A stretch of DNA of 64,000 nucleotides from Abditibacterium sp. (GCA_965199495.1 CBDASK010000003.1:3968001-4032000), one strand, 5' to 3'. Shown: positions 51,872-63,585, counted from the stretch's first letter. Program-made: numbers and translations. The notes: generated from the sequence alone by a model not told the origin.

Positions 51872-52936
51872 ATGCACTTCTCTCGCCCCACGCGCGTTTC
51901 CGTCATCGTTTTTCTGTGCGCCGCTTCGTCGTTGGCTCTGGCCCTTCCCAGTCTGTCTCAGCCCGGCTTGACTCCGCCCGGTGCGCTTCCGTCCGGCGCG
52001 GCGACTACGACAACCACCACAACATCATCGGCGCCGCTCATTCAAAGTATGGTCAAAGGGCGAGCGATCATCGGGCAACTGCGCAGTTCGTCGCCTAACC
52101 GCCCGACTCCAGTCAAGAAAAAGCTGACTTCTAAACAGCGCGCCGTTGAAGCGCGTCGCATCGCGAAGATGACGCCCGCCCAGCGCAAAAAAATGGTGAT
52201 GAAGAAATACGATATCGCGCCGCGTGGCTGGCTGGCGTCCTATCTGCCCGCCGACCGCTATAAGTTTGGCAAGGTCTGGCAATACGTTTCGACCGAAACC
52301 GACAAGCGTTATTATCGCCCGCAGGACATGGCGCGCAAAAATTTCAACGCCAACAAAGTCATCGGTTTCCGCACCTGGCAACTGGCATTGGCCGCCGGTT
52401 ACACGCCCGATCCGGTGAGCAAACCCGCGCCCGGCGCGCAGGTTCTGGCGCTCTCGCAATACGCCAAAGGCCCGAACTTTTACCGCTTCGTGGAATATAC
52501 CTATTCGGGGCAGGTCGCGCCCGCCCAATTCGAGGCCAGCTACAATTACGCGCGCAAAGTCACCAACGCCCTGCGCAGTTCCAAAGAGGGGCGCCGCTAC
52601 ATGAGCAACACACTCGACCGCGTTTTTCAGGCGATTGTCGAGGGCAATCCCAACCTGATTCCGCGCACCGTCGGCGGCCCGCCGCCCGCACCAGCCACGG
52701 CAAATGGCAGTTTTGGAGCCGAAGGCGGATTGGGCGGAACTGGCGCGCCCTCCGGTGCGCCTAATTTCCCCGGCAATGTCAACGGCCCCGGCAGTTCGCC
52801 GTCAGGTTTCCCCGGCAGTTCGCCATCGGGCATTCCCAACGATCCCAACGCTGCAAGCGGCGGGCGTGTCGGTCAGTTCAACCAATTCGGCAACCGCGCC
52901 GGAAGCATAGGAAACACGTCGCCCGATGGTCAATAG
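51872..52936 (+). CDS. Secreted protein with Cys-less Ada-like domain and G/P/S-rich tail
   Basis: Signal peptide; WLASYLPADRYK..VWQYVST..VIGF..ALAAGYTPDP. Confidence 0.75.
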   Translation: MHFSRPTRVSVIVFLCAASSLALALPSLSQPGLTPPGALPSGAATTTTTTTSSAPLIQSMVKGRAIIGQLRSSSPNRPTPVKKKLTSKQRAVEARRIAKMTPAQRKKMVMKKYDIAPRGWLASYLPADRYKFGKVWQYVSTETDKRYYRPQDMARKNFNANKVIGFRTWQLALAAGYTPDPVSKPAPGAQVLALSQYAKGPNFYRFVEYTYSGQVAPAQFEASYNYARKVTNALRSSKEGRRYMSNTLDRVFQAIVEGNPNLIPRTVGGPPPAPATANGSFGAEGGLGGTGAPSGAPNFPGNVNGPGSSPSGFPGSSPSGIPNDPNAASGGRVGQFNQFGNRAGSIGNTSPDGQ

Positions 52937-52966
52937 TTTTTGATCTGGTGAAAATTGGAAAGCCTT

Positions 52967-53890
52967 ATGAAACCTCTCATTCCCGCTCTGCTGATCGCGA
53001 CTTTCGCGCTTGCCACCGTCGCTCCCTCGCAAGCCGCTCCCAAAGGCCCCTCGGCCCGTGCGGCTGCCGCCTTGAAAAAGAATCCGCGCACCGAGTGGCT
53101 GGCGCACTATCTGCCCGACGACCGCTATAAAATCGCGGGCAAAGTCTGGAAATACGTTTCGACTAACCTCGATACCTACTATCACATTCCCAGCTCGCCC
53201 AACATGATGCGCCAGCCCAATTCTGGGGTTATCGGTTTTTCGTCGGCGCAGGAAGCCGAAGAAGCGGGTTATAAACCCGATCCGGGCGACGGCACGCTGG
53301 GACAGGTGCGCGGCGCCATCGAAGCCAAACAGTTCGAGATGGAAGAGCAATCGGCTGCGGCTGCGGGCGGTGGCGCCAAGCGCGCTTTCGTCAAACCGTC
53401 GGGCAAAGTGATTCTGGGCGATGGCCGCTCGACGATGACGGTGCCCGCCGGTTGGCAACGATTGCTCAGCGACAGCCAGAGCAAAAACGGCTCGACCTTT
53501 TCGATTGATCTGATGATGCACCCCGCCAGCAAAAAATCGGCGATCCTGTTCACCATGACGGTGCCCAACGTGGATGTCGGGCGCCAGTTGAGCAGTGGCA
53601 ATTTCGCCAACAATCTCAAGCGTTTTGGCACGGTGGCGAATTCGTCGGGCGAGGTCAGCAATTCGGGCGTCGGCAAAGTCGGCGACTGGATGAGTCAGGC
53701 CAAAGTCCGCCGCACGCGTTGGGGTGGCTTGAACGGCGTCGCCGTTTCGCCGCCCCCAAGCCTGGGCGCTAACACGGGCAATATGCTGATGGTCGGACGC
53801 GGCAACAAACTTTACGTGTTCCAGATGGCGGGCAAAGGAAAATCGCCCGCCAATACTTCGGAAATGATCAAAAGTTTTCAGGCGCGCTAA
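52967..53890 (+). CDS. Secreted protein with Cys-less Ada-like domain (paralog)
   Basis: Signal peptide ending SQA; WLAHYLPDDRYK..VWKYVST..YYHIP..VIGFSSAQEAEEAGYKPDP. Confidence 0.75.
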   Translation: MKPLIPALLIATFALATVAPSQAAPKGPSARAAAALKKNPRTEWLAHYLPDDRYKIAGKVWKYVSTNLDTYYHIPSSPNMMRQPNSGVIGFSSAQEAEEAGYKPDPGDGTLGQVRGAIEAKQFEMEEQSAAAAGGGAKRAFVKPSGKVILGDGRSTMTVPAGWQRLLSDSQSKNGSTFSIDLMMHPASKKSAILFTMTVPNVDVGRQLSSGNFANNLKRFGTVANSSGEVSNSGVGKVGDWMSQAKVRRTRWGGLNGVAVSPPPSLGANTGNMLMVGRGNKLYVFQMAGKGKSPANTSEMIKSFQAR

Positions 53891-53909
53891 ACCAAAGATT
53901 AAGCCAAAT

Positions 53910-53950
53910 AAAAACGCCGCTTCCCGATGAAGGAAGCGGCGTTTTTGTTT
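53910..53950. terminator. Bidirectional intrinsic terminator
   Basis: AAAAACGCCGCTTCC..GGAAGCGGCGTTTTT between convergent genes. Confidence 0.88.
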
Positions 53951-53968
53951 GGTCCAATCGCCGTGCTT

Positions 53969-54664
53969 CTACTTGCCACTGCCATAGCGCGCCTGAGTTT
54001 CGCGAGCGATGCCCACGACTTGTTCGACCAATTTATTGATGCCCGGCTCGCACTGCGCGGCGGTTTCACCCAGCATGAAAGCGGGTGTCGAAACGATGTT
54101 GTGAGTCGGATCGTAGCAGATTTGATCAACGCGCGTGTTCTGGTTTTTGGCGCCCATTTCCATCAAATCGTTGGCCACTTTCTCGTCCGAGCCAATGGTC
54201 AAAATCGGATGCGTGTCCGTGTCTCGTAGCGCCATAGCCACGACGACCGAAGCGATGCACATCGCGCCAATCGGCTTGCCCAACTTATTCATTTTAACGA
54301 TGAGGTTGCGCAATTCTTCGTTGACTTTGCCACGCGCGCCGTCGTTGGCGTAGGTGCATAAATTCTTGGTCGCGCCGTAGCCGCCAACTAAAATCAGCGC
54401 GTCCAAGTCCTGTTCCGAAACCGCGCTAATCGCCTGAATTTTGCCGCGCACAATACGCGCCGATTCGCTCAAGACCTCGCGCGTTTCCATGCGAGTTTCG
54501 GCGCCCGTGTAGTGATTGACGATTTCGGCTTGTTCGACATCGGGCGCCATCGCCAAAACCGATACGCCCGCTTTTTCCAGCGCCAAAATCGTCAGCACTG
54601 CTTCGTAAATTTCGCTGCCGTCCTGAACGCCGCAACCCGATAACACAACTCCAATTTTAATCAT
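53969..54664 (-). CDS. elbB: ElbB/ES1 glyoxalase (DJ-1/PfpI family)
   Basis: VVLSGCGVQDGSEIYE, ESARIVRG, GAMCIA, STPAFM. Confidence 0.92.
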   Translation of the reverse strand: MIKIGVVLSGCGVQDGSEIYEAVLTILALEKAGVSVLAMAPDVEQAEIVNHYTGAETRMETREVLSESARIVRGKIQAISAVSEQDLDALILVGGYGATKNLCTYANDGARGKVNEELRNLIVKMNKLGKPIGAMCIASVVVAMALRDTDTHPILTIGSDEKVANDLMEMGAKNQNTRVDQICYDPTHNIVSTPAFMLGETAAQCEPGINKLVEQVVGIARETQARYGSGK

Positions 54665-54700
54665 TTTATTGCTCCTTAATTTGTGTAAATTTTAGACGTC

Positions 54701-55552
54701 CTAATCGACAAATTCCACATCAACGCGGTGCGGGATAATGCCCGCCTCGAAGCCGCGATCTAACAATAATTTTACAGCTTTGCGACCATCGTCGCCGTAA
54801 TCGAGCGTGCGCGCGTTGACATACATTCCGACGAATTCATCGGCCTGTTTTATGTCGGTTTCCAAACCGCGCGCGTATTGCATGGCGTATTCCAATGCTT
54901 CTTCGCGATGGTTGAGCGAGTATTCGATGCTCTGGCGCAACAATTGGGAAACGCGTTTTTGCAAATCGGGATCGAGGTCGCGCCGAATCGCGTTGCCGCC
55001 GAGCGGAAGCGGCAAACCGCCGGTTTGCTCGCCCCACCATTGCCCGAAGTCCGCCGCCAGATGCACGCCCTCGGCGCCATAGGTTAATTGTCCCTCGTGA
55101 ATCAGCACGCCTGCTGGCACCGCGCCAGCAGCCACGGCGGGCAAAATCTCGTCGAACGCCATCGCCTGAACCGGCGCGTCGGGCGCCCACAAACGCAAAG
55201 TTAAATAGGCGCTGGTGCGCGGGCCGGGGTGCGCGATGGTCAATTTCTTCGCTTCATCAACCGAAACTTTCTGGTGCGTCACCAAGCGCGGGCCATAACC
55301 CTTTTCGCCCGGCTCGCCCATCGAGGCGCCATGTCCCATCAGCGCATATTTGTCGGCCAAATAGGCGTAACCGTGAATGGACAGCGCCGTCACTTCGTAG
55401 GTGCCGTGAGCGGCGGCGTTATTGAGCGTTTCGATGTCTTTGAGGACGTGGTGAAATTCGATGTCGCCGGAATCAATTTTGCCTTCGGCGAGCGCGTAAT
55501 GCATGAACGCATCGTCCGAATCGGGCGAGTGCGCAACGGTAATCTGTGGCAT
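54701..55552 (-). CDS. mqnD: 1,4-dihydroxy-6-naphthoate synthase (futalosine pathway)
   Basis: VAHSPDSDDAFM, DIETLN, IHEGQLTY, LPLPLG, MYVN. Confidence 0.92.
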   Translation of the reverse strand: MPQITVAHSPDSDDAFMHYALAEGKIDSGDIEFHHVLKDIETLNNAAAHGTYEVTALSIHGYAYLADKYALMGHGASMGEPGEKGYGPRLVTHQKVSVDEAKKLTIAHPGPRTSAYLTLRLWAPDAPVQAMAFDEILPAVAAGAVPAGVLIHEGQLTYGAEGVHLAADFGQWWGEQTGGLPLPLGGNAIRRDLDPDLQKRVSQLLRQSIEYSLNHREEALEYAMQYARGLETDIKQADEFVGMYVNARTLDYGDDGRKAVKLLLDRGFEAGIIPHRVDVEFVD

Positions 55553-55588
55553 GAAGCCAAAGTTTAGGGCACGAAGCGGGCCAGACAA

Positions 55589-56765
<1,177 letters not shown>

Positions 56766-56768
56766 ATC

Positions 56769-57374
56769 ATGCAATCTCAAATTGAACAGACGACGGACGA
56801 AGCGACTTACGCACGTTTAGCCGAGGAATCGGAGACGCGGCTGGAATGGATCGGCGGGCAAATCGTGGCGATGGCGGGCGCTTCGTGGACGCACAATAAA
56901 CTTAGTACGCGCGCGGCTGGAGCGATTAATCGAGGCCTGGGCGATAGAGACTGCGAAGCGACCGTCGGTGATTTGAGGATTCGCGTCGTAGCCACAGCTG
57001 AAAACTTTTACCCCGATGTCGTTGTTGCGTGCGATGATGCCGAGTTTCATGAAACGTTGCCTCACACGTTATTAAACCCTGTTGTCGCAATCGAAGTTCT
57101 TTCGCCTTCGACCCAAAACTATGATCTCGCCGAAAAGCTCACGGCTTACCAGAGCATTCCGTCGTTGCAACATTATCTAATCATTTGGCAAGATCGTGTG
57201 CAGGTACGTCACTACGCGCGCGCCAGCGATGCGCGGTGGGATTATCAGGCTTATGTCTGGCGCAGCGAAAATGTGCGACTTGAATCGCTGAACGTCTCGA
57301 TTCCACTCGAAGAACTCTATCGCAACCTCAATGTGCCCGAAGGTTTAACACTCGTGCCGCTAACCCAAATTTAA
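56769..57374 (+). CDS. Uma2-family (DUF820) PD-(D/E)XK endonuclease-like protein
   Basis: AMAGAS..H, YPDVVV, IEVLSPST..D..EK..AY. Confidence 0.9.
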   Translation: MQSQIEQTTDEATYARLAEESETRLEWIGGQIVAMAGASWTHNKLSTRAAGAINRGLGDRDCEATVGDLRIRVVATAENFYPDVVVACDDAEFHETLPHTLLNPVVAIEVLSPSTQNYDLAEKLTAYQSIPSLQHYLIIWQDRVQVRHYARASDARWDYQAYVWRSENVRLESLNVSIPLEELYRNLNVPEGLTLVPLTQI

Positions 57375-58246
57375 TGCGTAACCAAACTCCCGAAACGCCC
57401 AGTGCCGCGCAACGCGCGCAAATTATCTCCGAGGCTCTGCCTTCGATTCGCGCTCTGTCCGGCCAAACCGTCGTCATCAAATACGGCGGCGCCGCCATGC
57501 TCGACGACGACCTCAAAGCCGCCGTCATGGGCGACGTGGCTTTATTGCAATACGTCGGCATTCGTCCGATTGTAGTTCATGGCGGCGGCCCGGAAATCTC
57601 GAAAATGTCGCAGCAACTCGGCCTCGAAACCCAATTCGTGGATGGAATGCGCGTCACCGACGCCGAAACCATGCGCGTGACGGAAATGGTTTTGGGCCAA
57701 ATCGGCAAAGGCATCGCGCATTATCTGGGCGAAAAAGGCGCGCCCGCCGTTGGTCTGGCGGGCAAAGATGGCGGGCTTTTGCGCGCTCGCAAAATGGTAA
57801 GCGCAAACGATTACGGTTTGGTCGGCGAAATCGAAAACGTCAATATTGACGTGATTCGCGCGGTTCAGGACGGCGGCTTCGTGCCGGTCATTACGCCCGT
57901 CGCGCCGGGCGCCGATGGCCAGACTTATAACGTCAACGCCGATGTCGCCACGGCGGCGATTGCTCAAGCGTTGGGCGCCTCGAAACTGCTATTGCTCACC
58001 GACGTGGCTGGCGTTTACCGCGACTTTTCGGACAAATCGAGTTTGATCGCCGAAATGACGACGGCACAGGCCGACGAACTCATCGGCAGCGGCTCGCTTT
58101 CCAAGGGCATGATTCCCAAAGTCCAATGCTGCGTTGATGCCGTCAAAGGCGGCGTCACGCGCGCGCACATCGTGGACGGACGCGCGCCGCATTCGTTGTT
58201 AATTGAGTTGTTCACCGATGCGGGCGCGGGCACGATGATTTATTGA
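57374..58246 (+). CDS. argB: Acetylglutamate kinase
   Basis: VVIKYGG, VHGGG, GMRVTD, NVNAD, GMIPKV. Confidence 0.97.
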   Translation: MRNQTPETPSAAQRAQIISEALPSIRALSGQTVVIKYGGAAMLDDDLKAAVMGDVALLQYVGIRPIVVHGGGPEISKMSQQLGLETQFVDGMRVTDAETMRVTEMVLGQIGKGIAHYLGEKGAPAVGLAGKDGGLLRARKMVSANDYGLVGEIENVNIDVIRAVQDGGFVPVITPVAPGADGQTYNVNADVATAAIAQALGASKLLLLTDVAGVYRDFSDKSSLIAEMTTAQADELIGSGSLSKGMIPKVQCCVDAVKGGVTRAHIVDGRAPHSLLIELFTDAGAGTMIY

Positions 58247-58261
58247 TCTAAGTGCGGTAAT

Positions 58262-61200
58262 TTAAACTTTCAACTTCACCAACAAATCTTTCGCTTCGAC
58301 CGTCTCGCCAACAGCCACGGCGATTGACTCAATCGTGCCATCGCTGGGCGAATTGACGACCGTGAGCATTTTCATCGCTTCGATTGTCAGCAATTTATCG
58401 CCTTTGCTCACTTTCTTGCCGCTCGAAACCGCGATTTGCGTCACCATGCCGGGAATCGGCGCGCCGATTTCGGCGGCATTTGAAGCGTCGGCTTTGAGGC
58501 GCACTTTCTTTTCGCCCGCCAACGATTTGTCGTCCACCAACACGCTGCGCGCGATGCCGTTCAACTCGAAGTTGACCGCGCGATTGCCTTCCTTGTTCGC
58601 CTCGCCGATGTTGATGAGTTTGATAATCAGCGTTTTGCCCGCTTCAATCGAAACCGCGATCTCTTCGCCCGGCTGCAATCCGTAAAAATAGGCGGGCGTC
58701 GGCAAAACCGAAACGTCGCCGTAATTCTCGACAAACGCCGCGAAATCGCGCTGCACTTGCGGATACATCAAATGAGAATACAATGCGTCGTCATCAATTT
58801 CGTGATCTTGTTCGGCGCTGAGTTGCGCGCGCAACGCTTCCAAATCGAGCGGTTCCAAATCGGCGCCTGGACGGTGAACCAAAGGTTCTTCGCCGTTCAA
58901 AACGATGCGCTGCAATTCGAGTGGCCAGCCGCCAATCGGCTGGCCCAATCCGCCGCGCATCATGTCAATGACGCTTTCGGGAAACGAAATTTCGCCCGGT
59001 TCCAGCGCCAACACATCGCCCGCTTTCATGCCGCGCGAAACCAAAAACATCGTCATATCGCCGACGACTTTGCTCGATGGCGTAACTTTCACGATGTCGC
59101 CGAACAGTTGATTGACCTCGGCATAAGTGCGCGCAATTTCGCGCCAGCGATGGCCCAATCCCATGCCGTTGGCCTGTTCTTTGAGGTTGGTGAATTGTCC
59201 GCCGGGCATTTCGTGTTCGTAAACCTCGGCGGTTCCAGCGCGGTCGGTGGTGTTGAACGGCGTGTAAAACGGCAAAACCGCTTCCCAATAATCCGATAAT
59301 TCCTGCAACGCTTCCATATCTAACCCGGTATCGCGCGGCGTGTGCTGCAAGGCAGCCACGACGCTGTTCAAATTCGGCTGCGACGTGCCGCCGCTCATCG
59401 AAGCGAGCGCCAAATCCACCACATCTACGCCCGCGTCACTGGCGCGTAACACCGAAGCGGCGGATGTGCCCGACGTATCGTGCGTATGAAAATGAACCGG
59501 CAAACCGATTTCATTTCGCAGAGTTTCGACTAATTTAAAGGCGGCATACGGACGGCAAAGTCCGGCCATATCTTTGATCGCCAAAATATGCGCGCCGCGT
59601 TTTTCCAGTTGCTTCGCCATGTCCACATAATATTGCAACGGATATTTATCGCGCGCCGGGTCGAGAATATCGCCGGTATAGCAAATCGCCGCTTCGCAAA
59701 CCGCGCCGGTTTCGCCGATGGCGTCCATCGCGACTTTCAGGTTAGGCAAGTAATTCAACGAATCGAAAACGCGGAAAATATCAATGCCCGATTCCGCCGA
59801 ATGTTTGACGAAACCGCTCACGACGTTATCGGGATAATTGGAGTAGCCGACAGCGTTGGAGCCGCGAAACAGCATCTGAAAACAGATATTAGGAATCGCT
59901 TCGCGCAGCAACACCAAACGTTCCCACGGGTCTTCGCGCCCGAATCTCATCGAAGTATCGAAAGTCGCGCCGCCCCACATTTCGAGCGAGAACAGACCCG
60001 GCAAACGCGCGGCGATGGCATCAGCCACGCGCAGCATATCGTAGGTGCGCACGCGTGTGGCGAGCAACGATTGGTGCGCGTCGCGTAACGTCGTGTCGGT
60101 AACGAGCAATCGTTCGGTTTCGCGCGTCCACTGCGCGAATTTCGTCGGCCCCTCGCGGCGCAAACGTTGGCGCGTGCCGATTTCGTCGGTCGGCGCGGGC
60201 GGCGTGGCTGCTGGTGCCTTGACGGTTGCGAACGGTTTTTCCGGTTTCCAATTCTTCGCGTTGGCGTTGCCATTCACGATTACATCGCCCAGAAAATTGA
60301 GCAAACGCGTGGCGCGGTCGCGGCGCGGCGTAAATTCAAACAGTTCGGGCGAGGTATCAATCAACGTCGTCGTCGCTTCACCGGCGCGGAAAATCGGATG
60401 CTCGATGACGTTCTCGATAAACGGGATATTGGTCTTGACGCCGCGCACGCGAAACTCGCGTAGCGCCCGATCCAAACGCGAAATCGCCGTCTCAAATGTC
60501 GGCGCCGACGCGGTGACTTTCACCAACAGCGAATCGTAAAACGGCGTAATCACCGCGCCCGAATCGGCCATGCCGCCATCCAAACGAATGCCGAAACCGG
60601 CGGCGCTGCGATAGGCCAAAATTTTTCCGTAATCGGGCGCGAAGCCTTTTTCTGGGTCTTCGGTCGTGATGCGCGCCTGAATCGCGTAACCGTTGCGTGG
60701 AATGTTTTCTTGCGTCGGCAAACCCAATTCGGGCGAATTGAGGGCAAAACCCTGCGCCACCAAAATCTGACTTCTCACCAAGTCAATGCCGGTAATTTGC
60801 TCGGTGACGGTATGCTCGACCTGGATGCGCGGGTTCATTTCGATGAAGAACCATTCGCGCGCGTCCACATCCACCAAAAATTCGACGGTTCCAGCGTTAT
60901 CGTAGCCGATGCTCGCCGCCAAATCGCGCGCGGCCTCGCACATTTGCGCGCGCGTCGTCTCGTCCAAGTTCACGCTGGGCGCGATTTCGACGACTTTCTG
61001 ATGGCGCCGTTGCACGCTGCAATCGCGTTCGTAAAGGTGCAAAACGTTGCCATGACTGTCGCCCAAAATCTGCACTTCGATATGCTTGGCGCGCCCGACA
61101 TATCGCTCCAGAAAAACGCTGCTGTCGCCAAACGCGTTCTGCGCCTCGTTTTGCGCTTCGGCCAACAATGCGGGCAAATCTTCGGCTTTGTGAACCACGC

Positions 61201-61702
61201 GCATCCCGCGCCCGCCGCCTCCGGCTGCGGCTTTGATGATGAGCGGAAAACCAATCGTCGGCGCGATTTCGAGCGCCTCGTCGCGAGTAGCCACGGCGTC
61301 CGGCGTGCCGGGCAAAACGCGCACTCCGGCCTTTTGCGCGGCGGCGCGCGCGGCGACTTTATCGCCCATCATTTCCAATAATTCCGGGCGCGGCCCGACG
61401 AACGTCAAGCCCGCATCGGCGCAGGCGCGCGCGAAATTCGCGTTTTCGGACATAAAGCCGTAACCCGGATGCACCAAATCGGCGCCGCAATCGCGCGCGA
61501 TTTGAATCACGCCCGCAATATCGAGATACGCGCCGACCGGGCCTTTGGTGGAATCGAGTTCATAGGCTTCATCGGCTTTGAAGCGGTGCGTGCCAAAGCG
61601 ATCTTCGGCGGCATAGATGGCGACGGTGCGCAAGCCCAATTCGGTGGCGGCGCGAAAAACGCGAATCGCGATTTCGCTGCGGTTGGCGACGAGAAGTTTC
61701 AT
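58262..61702 (-). CDS. pyc: Pyruvate carboxylase
   Basis: LVANRSEIA, RDCSVQRRHQK, RDAHQSL, WGGATFD, IKDMAG, HTHDT, VKVTPSSK, EAMKM biotin motif. Confidence 0.98.
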   Translation of the reverse strand: MKLLVANRSEIAIRVFRAATELGLRTVAIYAAEDRFGTHRFKADEAYELDSTKGPVGAYLDIAGVIQIARDCGADLVHPGYGFMSENANFARACADAGLTFVGPRPELLEMMGDKVAARAAAQKAGVRVLPGTPDAVATRDEALEIAPTIGFPLIIKAAAGGGGRGMRVVHKAEDLPALLAEAQNEAQNAFGDSSVFLERYVGRAKHIEVQILGDSHGNVLHLYERDCSVQRRHQKVVEIAPSVNLDETTRAQMCEAARDLAASIGYDNAGTVEFLVDVDAREWFFIEMNPRIQVEHTVTEQITGIDLVRSQILVAQGFALNSPELGLPTQENIPRNGYAIQARITTEDPEKGFAPDYGKILAYRSAAGFGIRLDGGMADSGAVITPFYDSLLVKVTASAPTFETAISRLDRALREFRVRGVKTNIPFIENVIEHPIFRAGEATTTLIDTSPELFEFTPRRDRATRLLNFLGDVIVNGNANAKNWKPEKPFATVKAPAATPPAPTDEIGTRQRLRREGPTKFAQWTRETERLLVTDTTLRDAHQSLLATRVRTYDMLRVADAIAARLPGLFSLEMWGGATFDTSMRFGREDPWERLVLLREAIPNICFQMLFRGSNAVGYSNYPDNVVSGFVKHSAESGIDIFRVFDSLNYLPNLKVAMDAIGETGAVCEAAICYTGDILDPARDKYPLQYYVDMAKQLEKRGAHILAIKDMAGLCRPYAAFKLVETLRNEIGLPVHFHTHDTSGTSAASVLRASDAGVDVVDLALASMSGGTSQPNLNSVVAALQHTPRDTGLDMEALQELSDYWEAVLPFYTPFNTTDRAGTAEVYEHEMPGGQFTNLKEQANGMGLGHRWREIARTYAEVNQLFGDIVKVTPSSKVVGDMTMFLVSRGMKAGDVLALEPGEISFPESVIDMMRGGLGQPIGGWPLELQRIVLNGEEPLVHRPGADLEPLDLEALRAQLSAEQDHEIDDDALYSHLMYPQVQRDFAAFVENYGDVSVLPTPAYFYGLQPGEEIAVSIEAGKTLIIKLINIGEANKEGNRAVNFELNGIARSVLVDDKSLAGEKKVRLKADASNAAEIGAPIPGMVTQIAVSSGKKVSKGDKLLTIEAMKMLTVVNSPSDGTIESIAVAVGETVEAKDLLVKLKV

Positions 61703-61798
61703 ATTTCGGGGGACGTAATAGATTTTAACTGAGGTTTGCTCGCGCGGGGCACAGTAGAACGCAAGGGGCAGATTATCGGAGAAACTGAACTGCAAACG

Positions 61799-62797
61799 AT
61801 GAAGATAGAACAGCTTTTAGCGCCTCACGAATATCATCCCGATTTTGCGCCGCAAATCGTGCGTGCCGACGAGCATTTCGTTTGGTGAAATGGACGCAAT
61901 CGTCAGGCGCTCACCGCGATTTTACAGTGGCCTCGCAGTGCAAACATTATACATGTTCGATTTGAAGACGATGCCACAAGCTTCGCACTTTCTACGCCTG
62001 CTATGGGTAGTTTTTCTATACCTCATGATATGCCGTCTAAGAAGAGTTTGCGACGCTTACATAACGCAATTAGGGATGCGCGTTTATGGCGGCGATTCCC
62101 TTTTGATTCTGGCCACCCTGATTTGGATTGCACCGCGTTCGTGCGTAACGGTGGCGTGTGCCAATGGGTTGTCTACGACGCTGCTTTGGCGCGCCAACAA
62201 TATTACTCGCTCAGACTGCCGCAACGTTTTTTGATTGACGACGCTAATATCGCCGAGGATGCACCAGATATTTTACGCGCAAAAATTGCGTCGGCATTGC
62301 GTAATCCCCACAGTGACGCATCTTTTGCTCTTGGTTTGGCCATGCGAAAAGTCACGATGCGCAAATCTGATGAACCAACGCCGTGGAAAAAAGCGAATCG
62401 CGAGAGTTACGCGCCGATGCAAGAACTCTGGCGTTTGGTGTGCCGAGCGTATGGCGCGCCCGAAGCATTGAAGGGCGGCTCGCTGCTACGCACCTGCGGA
62501 TTTGCCATAGACGATTGGAAAAGTGCGCGCGTAGAAACATTTCCTGAATCCCTAACTTTGCAACTTTGGGGCAAAGCGTTGTTGCATTTCGCTCCTGATT
62601 CGCCGCGTCAAAAGTTGCCTTTGCAGCATCTCTGTATCCGCGATGCCATTGGAAGCGTCAATATGAATCTCGGCTGTTGGGCGCGCGAATTTTGGTCACT
62701 CACTTTTCACGAGCAATTGGAAGCGCGTCTCGAATTGCGCGATTGGGCCAGAGCTAATCTGCCAAACGACATTTTATGCGAATTGGAACAAATTTAA
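61799..62797 (+). pseudogene. Orphan family member 3 (TFHEQLEARLELRDW) with in-frame TGA at codon 30
   Basis: ATG 61799 is in frame with ORF 62003-62797; only TGA at 61886-61888 interrupts it; 332 codons, matching the paralog lengths. Confidence 0.68.
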
Positions 62798-62805
62798 TGG
62801 CACGC

Positions 62806-63564
62806 TCACAGCAAATCTAATTTCGCCAACCGCCGCGCAAACATCTCCAAACCCGCCGAATGCGACGGCGTGCGCGTGTGTTCGATGATATTCGACAAAT
62901 AATCCTCGACAATCGCGGGCGAAAGCTGCGGCGGCAACGTTTCGGCGGCGACGAGTTGCGCGATATTCGCTTTGCCGTCGTCGCGCGCTTGATTGAGAAT
63001 TTGCGCGAGTTCGTCGCGGTTTTCCAATCCGTCGCGCGCAGCCCACGTTGCGAAGATGAACGATAAACCGGTGAACTCACGCCACTCGTTCGCCAAGTCG
63101 TAAACGTGCATTTTGCCCGGATTCTGCACCGCGATTAACGCCGGATCGCCGATTAACAACGCGGCGTCGGCGGCGCGCAGCATCGCAGCCACGTCGGGCG
63201 CGTGATGAATCAATCGCGGATTTAAATGGTAAAAATCGCGCGCGATGACCTGCGTTAAAGCCACGCTCGAATGCGAACTGGTATCGAGTGCGATGGATTG
63301 GACGTTTTCGATTTCGACGTTGGAAAACAGCATCACCGAACGGACGCGGCCCGTCGCGCCAACGATGGCATCGCCCAATAATCCGTCGCCGACACCGCGC
63401 AGATGGTCAACGACTGGCATGAGCGCGGCGTCGTAAATTCCGTTTGTTAAACCTTCGGCCAAACGCGCGGGCAGGGCAGGAATAATACAAATATCATCGC
63501 GCTCGCGTAAAGTCGCGTAGAGCGGGAGCGCGTTGAGAAAAGAGACGACGCCTAATCGGAACAT
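62806..63564 (-). CDS. mqnA: Chorismate dehydratase (futalosine pathway)
   Basis: LGVVSFLNALPL, GRVRSV, SSHSSVAL, LLIGDPAL, DLANEWREFTGL. Confidence 0.92.
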   Translation of the reverse strand: MFRLGVVSFLNALPLYATLRERDDICIIPALPARLAEGLTNGIYDAALMPVVDHLRGVGDGLLGDAIVGATGRVRSVMLFSNVEIENVQSIALDTSSHSSVALTQVIARDFYHLNPRLIHHAPDVAAMLRAADAALLIGDPALIAVQNPGKMHVYDLANEWREFTGLSFIFATWAARDGLENRDELAQILNQARDDGKANIAQLVAAETLPPQLSPAIVEDYLSNIIEHTRTPSHSAGLEMFARRLAKLDLL

Positions 63565-63585
63565 GGAATAAATTACTGACGCACG

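Noticed and set aside
61886..61888. Selenocysteine or genetic-code reassignment at the in-frame TGA
   Set aside because: TGA is a normal stop in many genes here (mqo, nadE, argB); no redox motif or evident SECIS.
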